From assembly GCA_009380045.1 (NCBI GenBank), contig WHSN01000006.1:1-59350 (forward strand): DNA of 59,350 bases. The letters are read 5' to 3'. Shown here piece by piece: positions 28,168 through 36,124 of the stretch. A model generated the notes under the pieces. That model worked only from the letters and a program-made list of their open reading frames with translations. It searched no databases and was not told where the DNA came from. The stretch's first letter is position 1. Each line of letters begins with the position of its first letter. Origin of the DNA: Luteitalea sp. (lineage in GTDB: Bacteria > Acidobacteriota > Vicinamibacteria > Vicinamibacterales > CAVVIG01). The translations under genes and the position numbers were made by a program.

Positions 28168-29772
28168 TTAGAAGCGATCCGGCAGCGACATCTTCGTTGC
28201 CGCCGAGCTCACCAACCCGCAGCATTCGAGCAGACGGTGGATCTCCTCCACTGACGAGTCGAGCTTCGAGGCCGAGCTGAGGAGATCGTCGGCCAGCACC
28301 GGGTACCAATCCCGGCGCGTGCGATCGAGGAGGCCCGCCGTGTCGAACGGCTCGATCGCACGGTCGATGCGACCGAGCAGCGCGTCGTGGCCTCGACCAT
28401 GCGGCGATGCCGTCGCCAGCGCCGCGCACGCCCGAAGCTCCGGGCCGAATCGCGGGTGGGCGTGAAGAAGAAATCCCGGCGCGAGCTCAGGCCTTCCCAG
28501 CCGGCGCGCCGCCTCGCTGAAGCTCGCGGCGGCGAAATACAGCAGCGACAGCCGCTTGAAGAGCGGAACGTCGGACATGTTCGCGTACAGCGCCGCGACC
28601 AGCTGCTCGGTCGCGTCCAGCTCGAGCTCGGTCACCCGCGCATAGGCGGCGAGGGCGGTGTCGCGCTCGGACCCGCCGGAGGTACCTTCCAGCACGTCGA
28701 GCAGCCGCCCGATGCCGAGCAGCGTCAGCGGAAATCCGGTCGAGAGCAGCGGATCGATCACGCCCGCCGCCGAGGGCAGCATCGCCCATTTGTCGCCCCA
28801 CATCACGTGGGTGCGAAAGGCAACCCGGGGGGCGTGCACGAAGGGATGCACGACCCGAGCCTCGCGGAACTGGTCGCCGACCGACGGCAACGTCTTCAGC
28901 AGCCGCTCCCAGGCTGCCGCGCCGTCGCCGGCCCCGACCGCCTGCGCCACCCGATCGGTCAGCGCGGCGCCGGCGCTCGTGATCCCGTTGTTGAACCGCA
29001 GCACCCAGATCCACCCGCCGGGGAACACATGATGAAGTGCCGCAGCGTCGGGCGGATACGGCGGCGCCCCATCGGGCGGCATCATTTCATCCCATCGCCC
29101 CACATCCTCGAAGTGGGCGTAGAGACCCTGGGTGCGCGGCAGCCAGCGGAGCGGAGGGTCGGCGAGGCCGATCGCCCGATGCAGGAATCCGCGCGGCCCG
29201 CTGGCGTCTACCACGAACCGCGCCGAGATGCGGATCGATCGGCCATTCCGCGTCCCGTCGAGAACGGCGCGATCGCCCTTGTTGCGCATCCGCTCGAGCC
29301 GCGTCTCGTCGAGATAGACGGCGCCTTCAGCTTCGGCGTCGCACGCGAGCGCCTGATCGAAGTCCGGCCGGTACCAATGGGTGTCAGCCACCTCGTCGCG
29401 CGGGCTGGCCGCGACCAGGAGCTGGCATCGGTGCTCGCCGTCGTCGGCAAAGGGCTCACCGGGACGATGGAAGAGGAAGGTGAAACCGCGCTTCACGCCG
29501 CCGGCGACCTCCGGCCGCTCGCGCTGCCAGGTTCCCCACTTCGAGAACGGACGGATGCGCCGCAAGTCGTAGCGATCGGCCAGTTCCTCGAGCAGCAGGT
29601 TGGCCAGCGGAGTGGATGACTCGCCGATGGCGAACCGCGGATGGCGTCCACGTTCGACGAGCGCCACGCGGCGACCGCGTCGGGTCAGCGCGAGCGAGAC
29701 CAGCGCGCCAGCGAACCCGGAGCCGATCACCGCGACGTCGGCATCGACGTGCTCGATCGGAGTAATGGTCAT
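28168..29772 (-). CDS. Flavin-dependent halogenase, PrnC-like
   Basis: VIGSGFAG, RHPRFAIGESSTP, VKRGFTFLFHRPG, VVDASG, GGWIWVLRF (WxWxI-like) and AAGVIDPLLSTG motifs. Confidence 0.82.
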   Translation of the reverse strand: MTITPIEHVDADVAVIGSGFAGALVSLALTRRGRRVALVERGRHPRFAIGESSTPLANLLLEELADRYDLRRIRPFSKWGTWQRERPEVAGGVKRGFTFLFHRPGEPFADDGEHRCQLLVAASPRDEVADTHWYRPDFDQALACDAEAEGAVYLDETRLERMRNKGDRAVLDGTRNGRSIRISARFVVDASGPRGFLHRAIGLADPPLRWLPRTQGLYAHFEDVGRWDEMMPPDGAPPYPPDAAALHHVFPGGWIWVLRFNNGITSAGAALTDRVAQAVGAGDGAAAWERLLKTLPSVGDQFREARVVHPFVHAPRVAFRTHVMWGDKWAMLPSAAGVIDPLLSTGFPLTLLGIGRLLDVLEGTSGGSERDTALAAYARVTELELDATEQLVAALYANMSDVPLFKRLSLLYFAAASFSEAARRLGRPELAPGFLLHAHPRFGPELRACAALATASPHGRGHDALLGRIDRAIEPFDTAGLLDRTRRDWYPVLADDLLSSASKLDSSVEEIHRLLECCGLVSSAATKMSLPDRF

Positions 29773-30773
29773 GAAGAAACGCCGAAGCCGCACCTGGTGC
29801 AGGAAGGCCGTGAGCGCACACGCTGTTCGAGATTGATCGCGTGGAGGCGGGCGCGCCGCGCCTCGAAGCAGTGCCGGCATTGAGCGAAGCGCTGGAGGTC
29901 CCAGAGATCGACGAAAATCCGGCCGCGATCGGGACGCGGCGTGAGCGCCGACTCGATGCTGCGCTCGATGTCTTCGAGCCGTGGCGCCCGAAACGCTCCC
30001 GCCGCGGCCAGGGCATCGAGCGCGCCGTTCCCCGAGCGGGTCGGGATGACCGACACGGCCGAGGCGCCGCAGGCGAAGGCGACGTCGATCGATCGCAGCA
30101 GCCAATGGTCCTGCTCGGCGGGCGGGACAAACGGCGGCGAGATCAGCAGAAAGACGCGCAGCGCCGCTCCCCGGCTCCGCAGTTGCTCAGCCGCGGAGGC
30201 GAACTGGTCGACGGTCATTCGCTTGTTCAAGCGATCGAGAGCCTCCGGGTGCACGGTCTCCAGACCCATCGCAACCTCGAGTTGTGTGGTGTCCGCGGCG
30301 CCCTGACGCTGCAATGCGCCCAGAAACCGGTCCACCCTGGAGCCGACGAAAGCCGGGTGTGATTCCACCACCACGCGTGCGAGCCCGGCCAGCTTGACCG
30401 CCACCTCGTCGTAGTCGTGCTCGGGGACGGCGTGGGGATCGAAGAAGCTGCCGGCGTTGTAGAGCTTGATCTGCGTGATCGGGCTGGACTCCCCGCGCAG
30501 TTCCTCGCGCGCGGCGCCCACCTGCGCTGGAATGGCGCCTCGAGGTGTGTCTTCAGCAATCGTGTGTTGCCACAGATCGCACATCGCGCACCGCCAGGGG
30601 CACTCCCGCCCTGTCAGAAAGACAGTCGCCGCACGAGCGATTTGCCGGTCGGCCGTACGCTCGTCCTCGACGATGACGCCTTGATGGCGCCAGGGGCTGT
30701 GGAGCGGCTTCGGCCCACGTCGATCGAGGACGAAGCGGTCGCGAGCGGTCGCGCTGACAGGATAGAATCGCAT
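29769..30773 (-). CDS. Radical SAM enzyme resembling archaeosine-synthase radical SAM subunit RaSEA
   Basis: CPWRCAMC, IKLYNAGSFFD, VVESHP, EVAMGLET, LNK and FLLISPPF motifs; C-terminal CRHC...CTRC; its stop overlaps the halogenase start (ATGA). Confidence 0.85.
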   Translation of the reverse strand: MRFYPVSATARDRFVLDRRGPKPLHSPWRHQGVIVEDERTADRQIARAATVFLTGRECPWRCAMCDLWQHTIAEDTPRGAIPAQVGAAREELRGESSPITQIKLYNAGSFFDPHAVPEHDYDEVAVKLAGLARVVVESHPAFVGSRVDRFLGALQRQGAADTTQLEVAMGLETVHPEALDRLNKRMTVDQFASAAEQLRSRGAALRVFLLISPPFVPPAEQDHWLLRSIDVAFACGASAVSVIPTRSGNGALDALAAAGAFRAPRLEDIERSIESALTPRPDRGRIFVDLWDLQRFAQCRHCFEARRARLHAINLEQRVRSRPSCTRCGFGVSS

Positions 30774-30892
30774 CGGAGTCGCGGGCCGCCGCTCCCGTGC
30801 AGGGGCCCCGGTAATCTTTTTGGATTATTGAGGGTTGACGGACGCCCTTCATATACTAATTCACTCGAATCCCGGTCCGACACGGAGAGAGA

Positions 30893-31495
30893 ATGGGGGA
30901 CGTGGACGCAGTGCATGCCGGTGCTCTCCAGCCCGGTTCGACCATGACGTTCGTCGAGCGACTGAACGGTCCCCGGCACGAGCTCGCGTTGCGTGCGTTC
31001 ATGGTGATCGTCCTCGCGCACTGGGCCGAGCACCTGTTACAGGCTTTTCAGATCTACGCGCTCGGCTGGCCGGTGCCCGAGGCGCGCGGCGGGCTGGGGT
31101 ATTTCTTCCCCTGGCTCGTGGCGTCGGAAACGCTGCACTACGGGTACGCGCTGGTGATGCTTGCCGGCCTCTGGTTGCTGCGATCGGGCTTCACCGGCGT
31201 GAATGACCGCCGCTGGTGGACCATCGCTCTGGCGATCCAGTTCTTTCATCACATCGAACATGTGCTGCTGCAGACGCAGGCGCTCCTCGGCCAGAATTTC
31301 TTCGGTCAGCCAGTACCGACAAGCCTTGTCCAGCTCTGGGCGCCCCGGGTCGAGCTGCACCTTTTCTACAATACGGTGGTGTTCATCCCGATGGTTGTCG
31401 CGATGTACTTTCACATGTTTCCGCCATCACCAGAGACCACCACGCGGAAGTGCAGTTGTGCGTGGCATGCCGGTCGGGTCCCCGCGGCCGTGTGA
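30893..31495 (+). CDS. His/Glu-rich four-helix membrane protein of unknown function
   Basis: Internal duplication HWAEH...ETLH / HHIEH...VELH inside TM segments; C-terminal CSC. Confidence 0.8.
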   Translation: MGDVDAVHAGALQPGSTMTFVERLNGPRHELALRAFMVIVLAHWAEHLLQAFQIYALGWPVPEARGGLGYFFPWLVASETLHYGYALVMLAGLWLLRSGFTGVNDRRWWTIALAIQFFHHIEHVLLQTQALLGQNFFGQPVPTSLVQLWAPRVELHLFYNTVVFIPMVVAMYFHMFPPSPETTTRKCSCAWHAGRVPAAV

Positions 31496-31889
31496 CGGCG
31501 GCGCCTGCTTCTTGCTCATTCTCGCCGCTGCCTGCTGCATGGTTGCGGCATGCAGTGGCCGACCCGCTCTTGCGGAAGACGTGACTGTCGAATGGACGAT
31601 CAGGCCCAGGCCACCCGTCGCCGGTACAGCGGCGCTGGCGGAGCTGACACTGCGCGACCGGGCGCGCCGGCCGGTTCGTGGGGCCAGGCTGCAGGTCGAG
31701 GGGCACATGGCGCATCCCGGAATGGCGCCCCTCGTCGCCACCGCCGCAGAACGGGGCGACGGCGTCTACCAGATCCTGCTGCGGTTCACGATGCGCGGAA
31801 ACTGGATCCTGCTCGTGACCGGCAAGCTGCCGGATGGACGCAGGATCGATCATCGAATCGATGTCAATGCCACCGGCCCGGCAGGCTGA
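31467..31889 (+). CDS. FixH/YtkA-like lipoprotein
   Basis: Lipobox VAAC; PVRGARLQVEGHMAHPGM, GDGVY and FTMRGNW motifs. Start uncertain. Confidence 0.8.
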   Translation: MPVGSPRPCDGGACFLLILAAACCMVAACSGRPALAEDVTVEWTIRPRPPVAGTAALAELTLRDRARRPVRGARLQVEGHMAHPGMAPLVATAAERGDGVYQILLRFTMRGNWILLVTGKLPDGRRIDHRIDVNATGPAG

Positions 31890-33291
31890 CGTTTTACGGT
31901 GGCCCGTCATCGGGGCCTTCCTGCGCTGGCGGCATGCGCGCACGTCACTCCAGCTCGTTGTCCTCCTGATTACCGCGACGCTGGTCGCTCATGGGCTGTT
32001 CGGTTCCCAGATCGGACCGAGGAACCTCGCCACAGTCGTCACCTGGGTGCACTATCGCGGATTGCTGGTGATTGCGCTGCTGGCGGCGGGCAATCTGTTC
32101 TGCACCGGCTGTCCGTTCGTGCTGGTGCGCGACGTCGGACGTCGGGTTCGCCAGCCGTGGCTCCGCTGGCCCCATCGACTCCGCACGAAATGGATCGGCA
32201 TCCTGCTGTTCGTCTCGGTCCTCTTCATCTACGAGCTGTTCGACTTGTGGGCGCTGCCGCGGGGCACGGCCCTTCTGGTGCTCGCCTACTTCGGCGCCGC
32301 GCTGTCGGTCGATCTCGTCTTTGCCGGAGCGACGTTCTGCAAGTACTTGTGTCCGATCGGGCAGTTCAACTTCGTGGCGTCGACCGTGTCTCCGCTGGCG
32401 CTCCAGGTTCGCCAGCCGGAGACCTGCAGGACGTGTCGTACGTTCGATTGCATCAAGGGGCGCCCGGAGACGAACCAGCGGGGCTGCGAGCTCGGCCTCT
32501 TCCTGCCGGCCAAGATCGGCAGTCTCGATTGCACCTTCTGCCTCGACTGCGTCCAGGCGTGCCCGCACGACAACGTGGCGCTGGCGGTCGGCGTCCCAGG
32601 CGCCGAGCTGCTCGACCTCCGTCGGCGTTCGGGAATCGGCCGGCTGACCGAGCGGTGGGATGTCGCGACGCTGACGGTTCTGTTTGCGTTCGGCGGCCTC
32701 TTGAACGCCTTCGCGATGACCGCGCCGGTCCTCGATCTCGAGCGGTGGCTGGCGCGCGTGATGGGCAGCACGTCGGAGGCGCCGGTACTCGCGGTTCTCT
32801 TCGTTGTCGCGCTCGGTGCGGTTCCGCTCGCAGCGCTGGGCGGCGCCGCAGCCGTCACGCGGCACCTGACGCGGCCGACCTCGTACTCGGTCGGGCAGAT
32901 CGCGGTTCGCTACGCCTGCGCGCTCGTCCCCTTCGGGTTCGGCGTGTGGCTGGCCCACTACGGGTTCCACCTGCTCACCGGCGGGCTGACGATCATCCCG
33001 GTGGCCCAGAGCGCCATCATCGAGGTGGTCGGTTGGGCCGCGCTCGGCGCCCCGATGTGGCAGTGGACCGGGATGCAGCCTGGCGCCGTTTTCCCAATCC
33101 AGCTCGGATTCATCCTGTTGGGATCGATCGGATCGCTGGCACTGTCGTATCTCATCTCCGAGCGCGACTATCCGGACCGACCGGTCTTCGCGGCGGCTCC
33201 GTGGCTCGGAGTGGTGCTCGTGCTGGCCGCGGCTGCGGTGTGGATCCTGTCGCAGCCCATGGAGATGAGAGGATTGGGCCTCTCGGGATGA
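31861..33291 (+). CDS. Polytopic membrane 4Fe-4S-binding protein (NapH/MauN/RdxA/NosR-like)
   Basis: FCTGCPF, FCKYLCPIG, CRTCRTFDC, GCEL and CTFCLDCVQACP motifs with many TM helices. Confidence 0.85.
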   Translation: MSMPPARQADVLRWPVIGAFLRWRHARTSLQLVVLLITATLVAHGLFGSQIGPRNLATVVTWVHYRGLLVIALLAAGNLFCTGCPFVLVRDVGRRVRQPWLRWPHRLRTKWIGILLFVSVLFIYELFDLWALPRGTALLVLAYFGAALSVDLVFAGATFCKYLCPIGQFNFVASTVSPLALQVRQPETCRTCRTFDCIKGRPETNQRGCELGLFLPAKIGSLDCTFCLDCVQACPHDNVALAVGVPGAELLDLRRRSGIGRLTERWDVATLTVLFAFGGLLNAFAMTAPVLDLERWLARVMGSTSEAPVLAVLFVVALGAVPLAALGGAAAVTRHLTRPTSYSVGQIAVRYACALVPFGFGVWLAHYGFHLLTGGLTIIPVAQSAIIEVVGWAALGAPMWQWTGMQPGAVFPIQLGFILLGSIGSLALSYLISERDYPDRPVFAAAPWLGVVLVLAAAAVWILSQPMEMRGLGLSG

Positions 33292-33839
33292 GGCGGCGGA
33301 CCGGCTTGCGGGCGGCCGCGTTCGCGGCGGCAACCGCCGTTGCGGCAGCCATCGCGCCCGCCCAGGCACACGACGGCCCGCCGTTCCCGATCGTGTCGGA
33401 CGCCGTCGCCGGCCCGTATCGCATTTCGATCTGGACCGATCCCGACACCACCGATGATGGCACGCCGGGCGGGCAGTTCTGGATCGTCATCGAGCCGGTG
33501 GATCGGGCGGTCTCGCTTCCGCCGGAAACGCAGGCAAGCATCTCAATCGAGCCGCTCGATCGAAGCGGACCGGCACGGACGGCCCGGATGGCGCCGGTCA
33601 CCAACGATGTGGCGCGTCAGTTCGTCGCGCTGGCGATCGATCACGAAGGCCGCTTCGCCGTGCAAGCGGCGATCGACGGGCCGCTGGGCAAGGCGGCGGT
33701 GGATGGAGAGGTCGAGGCCACCTACGATCTGCGGCCGCCGCCGATGATGCTGGCCGTGTACCTGATGCCGTTCGTCCTGGTCGGCCTTCTCTGGGGCAGA
33801 TTGCTGCTCGCGCGGCGGCGCCATCGGAGTGAGAGATGA
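33288..33839 (+). CDS. Exported, C-terminally membrane-anchored protein with a mature N-terminal His
   Basis: ATGA overlap, signal peptide ending AQA|HDGPPF, Ig-like body, C-terminal TM helix and basic tail. Confidence 0.8.
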   Translation: MRRRTGLRAAAFAAATAVAAAIAPAQAHDGPPFPIVSDAVAGPYRISIWTDPDTTDDGTPGGQFWIVIEPVDRAVSLPPETQASISIEPLDRSGPARTARMAPVTNDVARQFVALAIDHEGRFAVQAAIDGPLGKAAVDGEVEATYDLRPPPMMLAVYLMPFVLVGLLWGRLLLARRRHRSER

Positions 33840-33855
33840 TGCCGGGTCCCCGGAG

Positions 33856-35232
33856 TCAGCGTGCCGCCGCCGACGGCGCCGGGGCGGTCGTGGGCGCCGC
33901 TGTGGAGTAGAGGCGGTCGAACGTCCGGCGGTAGCCGCTCTCGTCCTGTCCGATGCGGGCGCGCAGTGTCTCAACCGGCATCGCGCCGTGCTGAAAGCGC
34001 CGCTTCGGAAACACCGGCATGTCCACCCCGGCGATCGCCTTGATCCCGCGCCGCACGATGTCACCTTTGAGCGCGTAGAGCGACGGCACGTCGTACTGCG
34101 TCAGGCTGGCGAAGGGAATCGCCTCGGCCACTTCGATCACGTTTCGCTGCGTGTAGGGGCTGAAACCGGCAAACCCGTAGCGCTGCCCCGGCGCATAGGT
34201 GCGGACGTAGCTTCGGCTCAGTCCGCCGCTGTAAGTGAGTGAATGTTTGATGCGTCCGACGCCCCAACCCTCCTGATACAGCATCAGATTGTCGATGACG
34301 CTGCGGATCGTCAGCTCGGCGTTCTCGTCGATCGGATAGTCCTTGAGGTTCTCGTCGCCGCCGTCCCCATCGGCGAGATGGCGCCAGCCCGGATACCGGT
34401 CGCGAATGCCCTTGCAGAGCCGCAGGCCCATCGCCGCGCACTCGACGTCGAGCGGCTTGTAGTCCTCGAGAACACGCACGGTTTCCTCGACATCGAGATC
34501 CTCGGCTGTGGCGTCGATCTCCTCGAGGAACAGGGACAGGCCGGCCGCGGAGAGAAACGCGCGGGCTTGATGCAGGTCTGGGCCGTCGCCGAGATTGAGC
34601 ACGAATGCCTTGAGCCTCGACGGCGACATGCCGAGGCGCAGCATGGCGTGATAGGTGAGGAGGAACACCGATCCGCTGTCGACGCCGCCGGAAAAAGCGA
34701 CCCCGATCGGTTCCGGACCCGACCCGCGCGTCTCGATGCCGCGCAGCCATTGCACGATCTCGTCCTCGAGAGCGCCGACATACCGCCGGCCGATCTCGTC
34801 GAGGTCGGCAGCGAGCGTCGCCCTCGGCGGCGTGAAGAAGCGGGTGTAGGCCGGATCCGGATCAGGACACCCGACCAGCGCGAGTTGGACCACGTAGTGG
34901 GCCGGCACCATGCGGGTGTAGCTCGGGTGGAACTGATTCGCCAGGCCGTCGTTCGCCAGCGCCTGGTGCAAGGTGTCGATGCGATCCGCGACATACAGCG
35001 CCGGGCCTTCCTGGCGTTTGGCCAGGAAGTAGCGCATCGGCCGATCCATCGAGCGCGCCAGGCGGACGACGACCCCTTCGGCCGCCACGAGGGCGAACGA
35101 TCCATCGATGGCGCGGACGGCGGCCGGGTCGCCGCTGAGCACCGAGCGCCGTGCGGCTTCCACATCCATGTTGGGGATTCGATTCAGAGCCGGGTCGAGG
35201 AGATCGACCACACGGCTGACCGGATGACGCAT
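33856..35232 (-). CDS. Asparagine-synthetase-like ATP-dependent amide ligase lacking the glutaminase Cys1
   Basis: Degenerate N-domain (IDGSFALV...LARSMDRPMRY), PP-loop IGVAFSGGVDS, then DGDGGDENL and FSPY. Confidence 0.85.
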   Translation of the reverse strand: MRHPVSRVVDLLDPALNRIPNMDVEAARRSVLSGDPAAVRAIDGSFALVAAEGVVVRLARSMDRPMRYFLAKRQEGPALYVADRIDTLHQALANDGLANQFHPSYTRMVPAHYVVQLALVGCPDPDPAYTRFFTPPRATLAADLDEIGRRYVGALEDEIVQWLRGIETRGSGPEPIGVAFSGGVDSGSVFLLTYHAMLRLGMSPSRLKAFVLNLGDGPDLHQARAFLSAAGLSLFLEEIDATAEDLDVEETVRVLEDYKPLDVECAAMGLRLCKGIRDRYPGWRHLADGDGGDENLKDYPIDENAELTIRSVIDNLMLYQEGWGVGRIKHSLTYSGGLSRSYVRTYAPGQRYGFAGFSPYTQRNVIEVAEAIPFASLTQYDVPSLYALKGDIVRRGIKAIAGVDMPVFPKRRFQHGAMPVETLRARIGQDESGYRRTFDRLYSTAAPTTAPAPSAAAR

Positions 35233-35376
35233 GCGGCGATTCTCCGGTACTTGTCAGGTGGAATCAAGAACCAGCGCCTTTGTTCTTCCGCTCGTCGAAC
35301 CGGCGAAACGAGGTTGCCCAGATATCAAGGCAATGACGTTGCCGCCGACGGTATCGTCCTTGCCTCTGCCGCGTAC

Positions 35377-35640
35377 GTGGGTCGCGGTCCGCTGCCATCG
35401 ACATACGACGAGCCGACCGTCATGTGGCGCATGCAACGGTCAGGCGGTCTGTCGGCTCACGTGGTGATCGGCTTTCAAGGCCGTGGGGCCTGGTTGATTT
35501 GGTTCCTGAACGATCGGCCGATTGGCATTCGCGACTTCGCGGACTGGAGGACCGCCATCCAATGGAGTGAGCGAATGCAGTTCCAGAACTGGACGACCGG
35601 CTGGCGAGATGCCCAACTGTCGGCGAGCACGGAGTACTGA
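35377..35640 (+). CDS. Small Trp-rich hypothetical protein
   Basis: Protein-like 3' end of the 34243-35640 frame (VMWRMQRSGG...WLIWFLNDRP...WTTGW). Start uncertain. Confidence 0.55.
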   Translation: MGRGPLPSTYDEPTVMWRMQRSGGLSAHVVIGFQGRGAWLIWFLNDRPIGIRDFADWRTAIQWSERMQFQNWTTGWRDAQLSASTEY

Positions 35641-36124
35641 CGTCATCGACACGACCACTCGAGTCCCACGCAGAACACTTCAGTCTATTTGACTGCGAGT
35701 AGGCGGGGGCCCGAATTCAGGATGATGCTGGTGCAGCCACTCGAGCCCTGCATCCAGCTCTGGGTGCGATGGCGCCGGTTCAAACCTCGGGGTCGGTCCA
35801 CTCCGGGCACATTGAGATCCCGCTTGAGCTGTTGGGAAAATCGGCGGTGAACAAGAGCAGCCGATGTGATCCGTGGTGAAGGTCGCAGCCGAGGCACCCG
35901 AAATCGACGGGTCCGAACGGCGAACTGAGCCGGAGGTCGGCGGGCGCGCCGACTTCGGGAACACGCCGATGCCAGATGACCTGCGGCGGGAGGAGAAAAG
36001 TGCCGCCAGGTTCCCCCCAGCTTCGGCGGCTTCCCCTATAATTGCCCCGGATCCTTTCATGTGCGGTTGGCCAATCGACGTGCGGCGACTAGGGATTCCA
36101 GATCGGCTCGTAACAGGAGGTCAC

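Noticed and set aside
29769-30773. Canonical archaeosine pathway
   Set aside because: No arcTGT, ArcS or que genes are adjacent, and the context is bacterial with a halogenase.
31899-33287. 646-aa ORF 31899-33839
   Set aside because: The 5' part is a shadow frame of the Fe-S gene; the real gene starts at the ATGA overlap at 33288.
33856-36100. Lasso peptide/RiPP cluster suggested by the Asn-synthetase-like gene and the radical SAM gene
   Set aside because: No B1/RRE or B2 protease, no SPASM domain and no convincing precursor. The small ORF at 35377-35640 looks like a folded Trp-rich protein, not a leader-core peptide.
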